Below, one piece after another: positions 54,922 to 64,000 of a stretch of DNA of 64,000 bases. The notes under the pieces were generated by a model, which saw nothing but the letters and a program-made list of their open reading frames with translations, searched no databases and was not told the DNA's origin. The stretch is from the IMG/VR virus record IMGVR_UViG_3300028048_000042; one strand, given 5' to 3'. Numbering within the stretch: position 1 is the first letter of the stretch; each line of letters begins with the position of its first letter. Made by a program: the position numbers and the translations under genes. Origin of the DNA: a virus. Its lineage: Duplodnaviria > Caudoviricetes.

Positions 54922-55420
54922 ATTCTCAGCATTTGACATTGAAAATATAACAAAAAAACAATTGTTGAATGAATTGGATAGTGCTTTAACAAAACTAGAA
55001 GGTTATGCAACAAAAGTCAACAATTGTGATTGTGCACAAATTTATTCTTGTCAAGAAATGAGATGCCAAATTAAAGGCAAGGGTACAGGAAATTGTAATT
55101 GGCATCCATGTCAATCAGCAAAAAATTGTATTGATATTGTTGGATGTCAAAAAATGAGTTGTCAGTATTTTACTTGTCAAAAAATAATTTGTCAGCAAGG
55201 TACAAGTTGTCAAACATGTCAGGCTTGTGAAAAATGCCAAGTGTGTGAAACTTGTGAAAGTCAATGCTTATGCCAAACATGTCAAGTATGTCAAAAACAA
55301 ACCTATGATGTTTATTCTTGTCAGCAGGTTAAGTGTCAGTCGTGTCAGACTTGCCAAGTGTTGTTATGTGAGAATGTTTCTTGCCAAGCTAGAAAATCTG
55401 ATGGTAGAGACTTAGAGTAA
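54887..55420 (+). CDS. Cys-rich CQ-repeat protein, putative radical-SAM substrate
   Basis: 27 Cys after a Cys-free 46-aa N-terminus, 22 of them followed by Q or E; start uncertain. Confidence 0.75.
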   Translation: MTELNGKITKTKFSAFDIENITKKQLLNELDSALTKLEGYATKVNNCDCAQIYSCQEMRCQIKGKGTGNCNWHPCQSAKNCIDIVGCQKMSCQYFTCQKIICQQGTSCQTCQACEKCQVCETCESQCLCQTCQVCQKQTYDVYSCQQVKCQSCQTCQVLLCENVSCQARKSDGRDLE

Positions 55421-55487
55421 CAACGTCAAGATAAAAATCCTCATTTTTCTTATGACATTTTTGTAGTAGAATAAATGAGGTGATATT

Positions 55488-55805
55488 ATGGAAAAGTTTA
55501 AGAATGGTTTTTTTCATAATATAATGTCTGTAGACGAAACAAGAGTGTCAGTGCTAATGATAAGTCTTATTGGCGCATTGGTATTTGGCGGTTATATGTA
55601 CCTTTTAACAGGTGCTCTTAGTGTAGTTTGGGCAGATATTATTACTACTTTGATTTTGGCAGTTGCAGGTATTAATGCAGTAAACTCCATTACAACTAGC
55701 GGTATTTTTAGAAAAAATACTAATGAAATGGTAGAAATTGGGACAAGAGTTCCACAAGAAATTAAAAATACCACATCTGCTCAGAGTCAGCAATTAAAAA
55801 AATAA
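55488..55805 (+). CDS. membrane protein (2 TM), holin-like
   Basis: two TM helices, basic tail, gaggtg SD. Confidence 0.55.
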   Translation: MEKFKNGFFHNIMSVDETRVSVLMISLIGALVFGGYMYLLTGALSVVWADIITTLILAVAGINAVNSITTSGIFRKNTNEMVEIGTRVPQEIKNTTSAQSQQLKK

Positions 55806-55870
55806 TTGATTGACAAAATGGGAGAATACTATCTCCCATTTTGTTATAATTGAAAGGATTTGCTTTAGAA

Positions 55871-56653
55871 ATGAATCATAATTGTCCCTATCTTGAAATG
55901 CAGTGTCAGAATTTAAAATGTGATTGTCCAAAATATAAAGCATATATTGATGCTAAAAATCCTGAAATTTTTCGTAGGGTAATGGAAGAAAATAAATTTG
56001 ACGTAACGTTACCTGCTTTTGATTTGCTTATGAAAATGCAATATTCGTTTGCAAGTAGAGTAAGAAAAGTGGATAATTTATCTAAAGAAGAAAAAGATAA
56101 ATGGATTGACCGTTATTTGGTTTGCATTGAAGATGAAATTCGTGAAGTCCGAGAACACCTTAATTTGTATGGTGAGGAAAACACAAAAAAAGAAGACCAA
56201 AATCTCGAATTGAAAAAAGAAGTTATTGATATTCTTCATTTTATGATGGAATTGTTTTTGGTCGGTGGTGCAAATCAAGATACAATTAAAAATTATTATT
56301 CTGCAATGTATGGTTCTGAATTAAATGGAGATTTGATTGATGTTGCTTACGCAGAACAGAAAAATTTCATTGATGAATATCTTGATTGCGAATATGATAA
56401 ATATGATATTGCCGTTTTAAAAGCAAGCTGTAGATTGTCAGATTCTTGTGCTTTGGTAAGACAGCAAATCTCTTGGAAACATTGGAAAAAACCAAATGCC
56501 CAAATTGATTATGAAAAGTTATATAGTGCTTTTGCTAAATTATTCCATGAGTTTATAAATTTGTGTATTCTTACAATGGAAGTAAATGAAGTAAAAGATA
56601 TTTATATTAATAAAAATGTAGAAAATATCCTTAGACAGGAATATGGATATTAA
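55871..56653 (+). CDS. dimeric (all-alpha) dUTPase-like protein
   Basis: EDEIRE, KEVIDILHF, WKHWK and YINKNVENILRQ motifs. Confidence 0.8.
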   Translation: MNHNCPYLEMQCQNLKCDCPKYKAYIDAKNPEIFRRVMEENKFDVTLPAFDLLMKMQYSFASRVRKVDNLSKEEKDKWIDRYLVCIEDEIREVREHLNLYGEENTKKEDQNLELKKEVIDILHFMMELFLVGGANQDTIKNYYSAMYGSELNGDLIDVAYAEQKNFIDEYLDCEYDKYDIAVLKASCRLSDSCALVRQQISWKHWKKPNAQIDYEKLYSAFAKLFHEFINLCILTMEVNEVKDIYINKNVENILRQEYGY

Positions 56654-56669
56654 AAAAAAGACAGGCTCA

Positions 56670-56921
56670 TTAAAAGCCTGTCTTTTCTAATTCTTTTGTT
56701 GCCATTGAAATAAGTCTTCGACCAATGCAATTCATATAGATTTGACCTTTGTTATCATACATAGAATATGGTGAATATTGATGATGTTCGTAAATGTCAG
56801 AATCTTTAGAAGTTTGTGTGTTTTGTTTGTCATCTTTTTTCTTTTTGTTAAACTGCGTTTCTTGGTCATTGTATTGTGTGAACGCAGGATTTACAGGTGA
56901 AATCTTTTCCATTTTTATCAC
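56670..56921 (-). CDS. hypothetical protein
   Basis: only ORF between a bidirectional terminator and a divergent promoter region. Confidence 0.55.
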   Translation of the reverse strand: MIKMEKISPVNPAFTQYNDQETQFNKKKKDDKQNTQTSKDSDIYEHHQYSPYSMYDNKGQIYMNCIGRRLISMATKELEKTGF

Positions 56922-56966
56922 TTCCTACATATATAATAGTGAAAAAAACAATATTTTAAAACTTTG

Positions 56967-56995
56967 TTGACAAATAAGATAGATTTTGCTATGAT
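56967..56995 (+). promoter_or_regulatory. sigmaA-type promoter
   Basis: TTGACA-17-TATGAT with extended TG. Confidence 0.75.
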
Positions 56996-57027
56996 ATATG
57001 TACGAGATAAAAAAGGAGGTCTATAAG

Positions 57028-58743
57028 ATGTTTAAAAAACACTTTCCGTATAAAAATATACGTCCCACACAAGAGGATATATTGGAAAGCTTGGATAAGA
57101 TTTACAATTCACCAAAGAAATATCGTTATATTGTAATTGAAGCAGGTACAGGTATTGGTAAAAGTGCTCTTGCTAAGAGTATTTCAAATAAAGAGGGTTC
57201 AGCATATCTTCTGACAGCCACAAAACAGTTACAAGACCAATACGTTGATGACTTTGGTATGATGGGTGCTAGTGCTGTAAAAGGTGCTGACAACTATCGC
57301 TGTGGTGTTACAGAGAACATGACCTGTGGACATGGTGAGTGTGTATATGATGGAAGTCTTCGCAGAGATTGTTACTCTAAGAAAATTTGTCCTTACAAGG
57401 TTGCTAAAGAAAAAGCTGAAGCAAGCGAACTGTATGTGACTTCCTATGCTTATTTTATGAAAGCAAGTCGGCAACAGCGAATTGATGAAGAAGGTATTGC
57501 ACACAAGTTGATGAAAAAGCGTAATGCTATGATTGTTGACGAATGTCATATGCTCGAAGATATGCTGATTAATTTCGCAGGGTTTACAATTGTGCCTAGC
57601 GACCTAATTAAAAAGTATGATTTGGCAAATCTTCTTGATTTCAGAGAACTTGTTCTTTTTAAGAAACTTCCTAATCAAGATAATCAATCTGAATTTGATA
57701 AATGGGTAACTTTTATTAAAGGTAAACTTGAACAAAAAGTTGCCATTATGGAACAACAAATTCATAATTTTAAATTTGGAGATAGAAGTAATTTATCGGC
57801 AGATGAATTGACTGATATGAGCGATTTTGATATAACGAAAGAGTTACGTAAGGAAAATGTACTCACTTCGTTAATTGAAAAAATTAGTGCATATCTCCGT
57901 ATGACTGAAGAACAACGACAAGATTGGGTTCTTGATGTGAAGAAAGACTCTATTAGTGCAAAGCCAATTGATGTAGATAACTTATTTCAGAAATACATTA
58001 ATGATTTCGCTAACAACGTAGTAGTTTTTATGTCGGCAACTATTCTCGATAAAGAAACGTTCTGTAAAGACATGGGGCTTGACAAAAACAATACGGCATT
58101 TATTATGCGTGATGGAGTGTTTGAGCCTGACAAATCACCAATTGTATATATTCCTGTGGGTTCTATGAGTTATGCTAAACAGGCAGATACAATGCCAAAA
58201 ATGATTAAAGAAATCAAAGCATTGTTGGCACAGCATCCAAATGAAAAAGGAATTATTCATACTTCTACTTATGCCATTGCACAGAAGATTGTGGAAGAAA
58301 TTGATTCTGATAGGTTGTTGTACAAAAGTGATTTGAGTTCTAATGAAGTTCTGCTGAAAGAACATGAATTGAGTGAAAAACCGACAGTTTTGGTTTCTCC
58401 GTCTTTGATGGCAGGCGTAGACCTTCATGATGACCTTAGTCGTTTTCAAATTGTTGTTAAAATGCCGTATGTATCTTTGTCTGACGAACGAGTTAAGAAA
58501 AAGATGAAGAAGAACAATCGGTGGTATACTTGCAAAATGTTGAGAAACCTTGTGCAGGAATGCGGTAGAAGTACGCGAAATGAGAATGATTGGGCTGTTA
58601 CGTATATTCTTGATGAAACATTTACCAATGTCTTGAAGTACAACAAAAAATATTTACCACCATCCTTCTTAAAACGTGTAAGGGATATTGGTAATTTTGA
58701 CTTAGATTCATATTATGCAAAATATAAGGAGCAATCGAAATAA
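57028..58743 (+). CDS. DinG/XPD family Fe-S DNA helicase
   Basis: RPTQ, EAGTGIGKS, four Cys Fe-S ligands, DECH, MSAT, GVDL and QECGRSTR motifs. Confidence 0.92.
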   Translation: MFKKHFPYKNIRPTQEDILESLDKIYNSPKKYRYIVIEAGTGIGKSALAKSISNKEGSAYLLTATKQLQDQYVDDFGMMGASAVKGADNYRCGVTENMTCGHGECVYDGSLRRDCYSKKICPYKVAKEKAEASELYVTSYAYFMKASRQQRIDEEGIAHKLMKKRNAMIVDECHMLEDMLINFAGFTIVPSDLIKKYDLANLLDFRELVLFKKLPNQDNQSEFDKWVTFIKGKLEQKVAIMEQQIHNFKFGDRSNLSADELTDMSDFDITKELRKENVLTSLIEKISAYLRMTEEQRQDWVLDVKKDSISAKPIDVDNLFQKYINDFANNVVVFMSATILDKETFCKDMGLDKNNTAFIMRDGVFEPDKSPIVYIPVGSMSYAKQADTMPKMIKEIKALLAQHPNEKGIIHTSTYAIAQKIVEEIDSDRLLYKSDLSSNEVLLKEHELSEKPTVLVSPSLMAGVDLHDDLSRFQIVVKMPYVSLSDERVKKKMKKNNRWYTCKMLRNLVQECGRSTRNENDWAVTYILDETFTNVLKYNKKYLPPSFLKRVRDIGNFDLDSYYAKYKEQSK

Positions 58744-58994
58744 TGTATATTTGTTCTATCACAGAGTATAAACAGGATGAAAAAAGTTGTGTTTATCGGT
58801 TGGAAATGTTGGAGTTGGGAGATAATGGGTTTAATCATAACCATGAATTGAAATTTGATTTTTATATCTCAGACAATAACAAATTGGATTGGGAAAAAGA
58901 ACAAGTACGGCATTACTTCGAATATGATAAAGAAAAACCGAATATTGTTTGTAATAATATGGATGTACTGAAAATTCTTTATCAAAATGAATGA
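58743..58994 (+). CDS. hypothetical protein
   Basis: coupled to helicase, aaggag SD. Confidence 0.6.
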   Translation: MYICSITEYKQDEKSCVYRLEMLELGDNGFNHNHELKFDFYISDNNKLDWEKEQVRHYFEYDKEKPNIVCNNMDVLKILYQNE

Positions 58995-59099
58995 TGAAAA
59001 AATAAGCACTTTTTGAAAAAGTGCTTATTTTTTTTATGTAAAATTTTATATTGTTTGTAGATTAAAAAATAACAAATAATGAAAAGAGGATAAATATAA

Positions 59100-60254
59100 A
59101 TGAGAAATATTATTTTGGCTCGTTTGCGCAGAGCTTTAGCAAAAATGGATATTACTACAAAATGTCCTGCCACTCCATTTAAGGTTGGCGACCCTATTGG
59201 TGATACCGAAGTTGTTAACGCAAGTGCTTTGAAATCGGCAGGAGCACTTAGTAAAAATCTTATTGATTTTGAGGATAAGGCAGATAACAGCAAACTTTAT
59301 ACAAAACAATATATTGATACAACAGGAGAAATTACCGCAGTTGAATTGGCAAAAGTTCTTGGTGATAAAGGCCCTTGGATTGGTCAAGAACAAGATAAAT
59401 TGTATAAAAAGCTGATTGATTACATTGGTGGCAATGAATTTACTGCAAAAGTAAAGGGTAAAGAATATGAATTTAAAACTTCTACAGACCAAAAAATTTA
59501 TACAAAAAGTACAAATGCACATGACGAAAACGCATTCTTTATCAAAGTAGTTCGTGCTGATGATGAATCATTGAAATACAATTGTTTCTTTAGTTTCACA
59601 GCAAAAATTTATTATCTTGGTGTAGCAGATGCCAAAACAAAAACTTGGACAAATGAAGTTTATCCTATGGTTGATTTGGAAGGTGTTAACTTCAATGGCT
59701 ATAAAGTTGTAGGTAAAAATCAGGTTGTAAAAAAAGAACAAATGGATTCTGCTAATACAGTTGGAGAACTTGCAAAACATTTTACTGAACGAGATGCAGA
59801 AGAACTTTCCACAAAGAATTATAGCAAACTTTGTCAGAAACTAAAGAAGGGTAATCCTGTAGCAAATATTCGTAACTATTTTAAAGATTTTCTTGGATAT
59901 AAGAGTGGTAAAGATATTCCTGATGAAGCATTTGTGAAAATGATGGAAGATGCAGAACCTGCTAAGAAAGCGGTGCGTCAGGCAATGGTAGAATATGCTA
60001 AATCTGTAAGCAATCGTGCAAGAGAGAATGCAGAAGCACCACTCACAGAAGAGGATGAAAAGGCTCTTGGTGTTCTTGGGGCATTCGCAAGGTCTAATAC
60101 AGATGTTGGCGTTAATGAAGATTTTAAAGTTGGTACAACCTCACCATCAGGTAATGATTTGATGAAGCTGTATGCTAGTGGAAGTGCTGTTGGCGATGTG
60201 ATTCCATTCTCAGTAGATGATATTGTATCAATTCTTAAAACAGCAACAAAATAA
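59100..60254 (+). CDS. hypothetical protein with ARLRRALA leader, putative internal virion protein
   Basis: 384 aa monocistronic gene. Confidence 0.65.
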   Translation: MRNIILARLRRALAKMDITTKCPATPFKVGDPIGDTEVVNASALKSAGALSKNLIDFEDKADNSKLYTKQYIDTTGEITAVELAKVLGDKGPWIGQEQDKLYKKLIDYIGGNEFTAKVKGKEYEFKTSTDQKIYTKSTNAHDENAFFIKVVRADDESLKYNCFFSFTAKIYYLGVADAKTKTWTNEVYPMVDLEGVNFNGYKVVGKNQVVKKEQMDSANTVGELAKHFTERDAEELSTKNYSKLCQKLKKGNPVANIRNYFKDFLGYKSGKDIPDEAFVKMMEDAEPAKKAVRQAMVEYAKSVSNRARENAEAPLTEEDEKALGVLGAFARSNTDVGVNEDFKVGTTSPSGNDLMKLYASGSAVGDVIPFSVDDIVSILKTATK

Positions 60255-60295
60255 AATAATAAAAAAGAGAGGTATTTACCTCTCTTTTTTTATTG

Positions 60296-61030
60296 TCAAT
60301 GCCATAAAGTTTGTACTTTATCTATATCACTTGTTTTGTAATAAATAATTTTCCATATATTTGAATTTTTCATTTTGATTGTAGTTAATTCACAATCGTC
60401 AGGATTATAATCGTATTTTTCGTCTTCCGCTAATTTGTCAACCAATTCACTGATAACAGTATCAAAGTTTTCTTGCGATTCAATTTTTCGACTAACAAGA
60501 TAATTGTTTTTGTCTATACAGTTACGATACTTAAAGGTAATTTTTGTAAGTGTTTCACACTGTTTTTTGTTTAGTTCACATTCAAATAGACGTTCTTTTA
60601 TATGTTCTAACATGAATTTGATTTTCTTTTTGGTGTTATTTACGTTTTCATCAATTTCTGAACTAAAATCAAAATCATCGTTGAAAAGTTCTTCAAGCTC
60701 TTGTTCAATTGAATCGCTATCATTAGCACCAATTTCATCATACAATGCATTAATTTCTTTAAATTCTTCTTGTGAAAAAATCACAATTTTTTGTGGAGAA
60801 TCTTCAGTCATAAGAAAACTATGTTTTTTCACATTATATTTATCCCAAAATTCATTTTTAATATATAGTTGCAACCTAGTATAATGTTGGTCAACTTTAT
60901 CTTTAATTTTTTTGATATGAGATTGGATTAAATTTGTTTCATTCTGAAAAAACATTAGGTCTGCAGCATAGCTATCATATTCTTCGTCCAAAACAGTATA
61001 TAAGTCTTCGTATTTAAATTCTTGTTCCAT
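60296..61030 (-). CDS. hypothetical coiled-coil protein
   Basis: 244 aa, aaagg SD, convergent terminator. Confidence 0.65.
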   Translation of the reverse strand: MEQEFKYEDLYTVLDEEYDSYAADLMFFQNETNLIQSHIKKIKDKVDQHYTRLQLYIKNEFWDKYNVKKHSFLMTEDSPQKIVIFSQEEFKEINALYDEIGANDSDSIEQELEELFNDDFDFSSEIDENVNNTKKKIKFMLEHIKERLFECELNKKQCETLTKITFKYRNCIDKNNYLVSRKIESQENFDTVISELVDKLAEDEKYDYNPDDCELTTIKMKNSNIWKIIYYKTSDIDKVQTLWH

Positions 61031-61182
61031 ATTTTTGTTACCTTTCTTTAGCTTACCTTTATTATAGTTAAACTTAGAAAAAATTTCTTAAAACTATTAT
61101 TTAATGATTTTGTCTTGATATTTGATTTGTAGAAGATTAACTTGTCGAATTACAATTCATAAAATAAATACAAGAAAAATTA

Positions 61183-61734
61183 ATGAAAAACATAGGTAGG
61201 TGTAAAAAATTGGACAAATTTAATTATGTCTTGGACGTTTTGGAACAGCAAAACAACCCACTTTATAAGCATTGTGAGCGAGTTGCAATGCTTTGTTATG
61301 AATTTGGTCGCAATTTGGAATTGGACGCAAAAGCTCTTGAAGTATTATATAAATCGGCATTTTTACATGAAATTGGTAGATGTGATTTCCCTGAAGTTAT
61401 AACTATTGAAGGGCATGAATTAAAACTAAGCGATATTTATCCTTTATTCTCAAAAGCTGTTGTTTATAGCATTGGGGATAAATATATCGCAGATATTGTT
61501 GCGCAGCACTTGGAAAAAGTCGATGGTACAGGTCATCCTTGTGGAATTAAGGATGAAGTTCATCTGTTCGCTACAATTATTCGCATTTGTGATATGTATG
61601 ATAATTTCCGTTCTGAAGGAGATAATCATAATACAGCAACTGCAAGAATTCGCAAAGAGGGAGATTTCCCCAAAAAGTTAATCACTTCATTTATTAAGAC
61701 TTTGCTTGATAATGAAGATTTAGAATTGTGGTGA
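61183..61734 (+). CDS. HD-GYP-like phosphohydrolase (degenerate motifs)
   Basis: HCERVA, LHEIG, HLEKVDGTGHP and IIRICDMYD motifs. Confidence 0.8.
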   Translation: MKNIGRCKKLDKFNYVLDVLEQQNNPLYKHCERVAMLCYEFGRNLELDAKALEVLYKSAFLHEIGRCDFPEVITIEGHELKLSDIYPLFSKAVVYSIGDKYIADIVAQHLEKVDGTGHPCGIKDEVHLFATIIRICDMYDNFRSEGDNHNTATARIRKEGDFPKKLITSFIKTLLDNEDLELW

Positions 61735-61740
61735 TTTAAA

Positions 61741-61974
61741 ATGACAGGAAAAATCATTGGTCATATGAAGAAATTGGGGTACAAATATCATAAAGATGCC
61801 CTTGGTCATTACTTTGACAAAAATGACACACGCCTTTCTGTAATGATTTGTGGGCCTGTATATAATTGCTTTTGTAACAAAATTATCAATGGTCAGTTTC
61901 AACTACAAGATAAGCAGATTAATTTGCTAAATGATGATTTTGTCTACAAATGGTTGATGTTACATATTAACTAA
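61741..61974 (+). CDS. hypothetical protein
   Basis: 77 aa, followed by terminator. Confidence 0.55.
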   Translation: MTGKIIGHMKKLGYKYHKDALGHYFDKNDTRLSVMICGPVYNCFCNKIINGQFQLQDKQINLLNDDFVYKWLMLHIN

Positions 61975-62036
61975 AATGATAGTACGCATTTTTCAAGTAG
62001 TGCGTACTATTTTTTTGGTAGAAAGGAAATAACAAT

Positions 62037-62330
62037 ATGAGTGAAATAGATTTTAAAGTATTGAAAGACCAATATGGATATTATGTTGTTGGTTATATTA
62101 TGAGAGGAAATGTAGAAAGTCAATACCAAACTAATACAGCTTTGGGAATTCTTTTAAATCTCAACAAGGAAGACGTTAAATTTTTCTTGCATGATAAATT
62201 TGGTTCGGAAGAAGAATCAAAGAATGACAAAATGCATTTTGCTGATTATCAAACGGCATCAGATTGTGTAGATGGATTGCGAGATTTAATACCTATGGCA
62301 AAAGAAACAGGTAATTTATTTATTGTTTAG
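62037..62330 (+). CDS. hypothetical protein
   Basis: aagga SD, 97 aa. Confidence 0.65.
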   Translation: MSEIDFKVLKDQYGYYVVGYIMRGNVESQYQTNTALGILLNLNKEDVKFFLHDKFGSEEESKNDKMHFADYQTASDCVDGLRDLIPMAKETGNLFIV

Positions 62331-62341
62331 AGGTGAAGTAA

Positions 62342-64000
62342 ATGGTAAATCGTGATATAGTATTCTCCCTTGATAGAGAATTCAGACACGAATTTTATGA
62401 TTTAAAAGATGTTTTCTATACAAGAGAATATATTTATAATTTTGAATTTAGTTTCCATATTAACAATAATGATGTGCCTGTAAATTCAATTAATATATAT
62501 AAGAATGGAATTTTGTATAAAGATTGTCAGGTATTTCAGAATTCAAATAATGATTATCAAGTAAAAGACGATAATTGGATAAAATATGGTAATAATAATT
62601 TTGCTGTCGAAATTATTTTGGAGGGCGGCAGAATTTATAAGAATGATTTTTATTTGAAAGTCCTAAATGGTTATTCGCAGGATGATTTAGATATTGAAAG
62701 TTTCTCTACTTATGGACTACATGAGAATTTTTCTCCATTAAATGTTATTCTTAGAGTAAACACACAACAAACGATAGACCGTGTTTTATTATACTACCAC
62801 ATATCACCAAATACGCAGATAAATGGTAAATCATATATATCTCCTGAATCGGCAACAGCAGAGCATTATGATAGCAAGGATATAAAATGGAGTTATCTTG
62901 GTCAGATGGAATTAAAGAATCAGCAATATCAATTTACCCATCTAATCTTTGATACTACTATGCAGGAACAAAAATCATACTTATATAAAGCAGTAATTGT
63001 AACCAACAGCGAATTCAAGAAGCAAGTATCAATGAATACTGTAATCAAGCCGAATTCGTTTTCACTAAACACCATACAATATAGAGATGCCGAAACAAAA
63101 CAAAAAGGCTATGATATATATGGTGGAATTGTGGGAAGAATAATGACATCATTAGATGACCCAAATGGATTAAACCCCATGTTTAATGATAAGTTGTTTG
63201 AAATGGTTATAGATAAGACAGATACATGTAGCTATTTGACAATAGATATTGATGGGTGCTATCATTTCATTGCAGAGAAGTATCACGTAGATTATATGCG
63301 TAGGGTATATACTAAAAATCAAACAGACCGTGACCCAAATTATTTTGAGATTTATGGTGATGGGATGGCTACTTACGTGATAGACGAAAATAGAAATATC
63401 TATCAGAAAGATAATTGCCGATTTACAATGAAGCTTATATGTGGTGATAATATATATGTATCTTTTGATATTAAACCATTGAATGATGCTTCATTGGCTG
63501 TAAGGACAGAAAAGACGGCAAACAATGTTATTAGGTATAAGGCTGAAGATAAGGTTGAATATTTGGATAGCGTAGCTGAAGATAAAACTGTTTCGGCTAA
63601 TTCAACAGAAGGACATTTTAAGTATTCTAAAGACGATAAAAGATTACTTTTTGTTGATTCAAAAACCGAGCAAGAAACGAATGTAGCAATTACCATGTAT
63701 CAGAAATATTTTGATGAATGTGATTATTGTCTGTATAATAGTGAGAATTTTTACTTTATACGTTTTAATGAATATGGAATTAATGTTGTTAAGTATGATG
63801 GTATTAATTTTGATGAAGTTAAATATAAAACGTCACTTACAAATCAGACATTAAATTTTGTCAAGAAGAATAACGTAGTTTGTTTTGATAAAGACGATAA
63901 TTTATTTATTAGATTTATCAATACTGATGGAACGAACGTTTTAGAAAAAGTCATTGTAGAAAAAAATGAATTGAAAGTAATTGACTGTTCAGAAATGGTT
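62342..64000 (+). CDS. large hypothetical protein, 3'-truncated by window end (not in ORF track)
   Basis: gaggtg SD, ATG at 62342 (MVNRDIVFSLD...); frame appears open to the window end. Confidence 0.7.
   Translation, partial: MVNRDIVFSLDREFRHEFYDLKDVFYTREYIYNFEFSFHINNNDVPVNSINIYKNGILYKDCQVFQNSNNDYQVKDDNWIKYGNNNFAVEIILEGGRIYKNDFYLKVLNGYSQDDLDIESFSTYGLHENFSPLNVILRVNTQQTIDRVLLYYHISPNTQINGKSYISPESATAEHYDSKDIKWSYLGQMELKNQQYQFTHLIFDTTMQEQKSYLYKAVIVTNSEFKKQVSMNTVIKPNSFSLNTIQYRDAETKQKGYDIYGGIVGRIMTSLDDPNGLNPMFNDKLFEMVIDKTDTCSYLTIDIDGCYHFIAEKYHVDYMRRVYTKNQTDRDPNYFEIYGDGMATYVIDENRNIYQKDNCRFTMKLICGDNIYVSFDIKPLNDASLAVRTEKTANNVIRYKAEDKVEYLDSVAEDKTVSANSTEGHFKYSKDDKRLLFVDSKTEQETNVAITMYQKYFDECDYCLYNSENFYFIRFNEYGINVVKYDGINFDEVKYKTSLTNQTLNFVKKNNVVCFDKDDNLFIRFINTDGTNVLEKVIVEKNELKVIDCSEMV

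Noticed and set aside
61031-61182. Cyclic-dinucleotide riboswitch upstream of the HD-GYP-like gene
   Set aside because: No recognisable GEMM or ydaO consensus; region is simply AT-rich divergent promoter DNA.
1-64000. Alternative genetic code (stop-codon reassignment) as in some large gut phages
   Set aside because: Code 11 gives dense, full-length genes; TAA, TGA and TAG all terminate genes at plausible boundaries.

Overview
This AT-rich 64-kb window is a fragment of a large (jumbo-type) tailed phage genome, most likely a myophage of a Bacillota host. The host inference rests on sigmaA-type promoters with extended -10 elements, strong SD sequences and genetic code 11. Almost all genes are on the + strand and are separated by intrinsic terminators. 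Virion genes are scattered among accessory enzymes. Virion genes: intein-containing terminase large subunit, portal, prohead protease, HK97-fold major capsid protein, neck protein, PAAR spike and fibres. Accessory enzymes: guanylate kinase, FolD, dimeric dUTPase, DinG helicase, M16 peptidase, sigma factor, nucleotide-sugar enzymes, an NDT-Nudix fusion, an HD-GYP-like protein and five radical-SAM enzymes. Main observations: (1) An apparently split RlmN/Cfr-like radical-SAM enzyme. Its C-terminal AACGQL catalytic-cysteine segment is encoded 3.3 kb downstream as an unannotated 42-aa monocistronic gene, and the large part lacks the resolving cysteine. (2) A shared N-terminal M-K-R-L...A leader on about 13 unrelated proteins, plus recurrent K/R-x-A(S) linkers, suggesting a capsid-targeting and proteolytic-maturation system for injected cargo. 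(3) A radical-SAM/SPASM maturase coupled to a CQ-repeat Cys-rich protein. (4) Two tandem, structurally conserved candidate small RNAs. (5) Sugar-pathway genes flanking the capsid gene. All functional calls come from motif recognition by eye; no searches were run.
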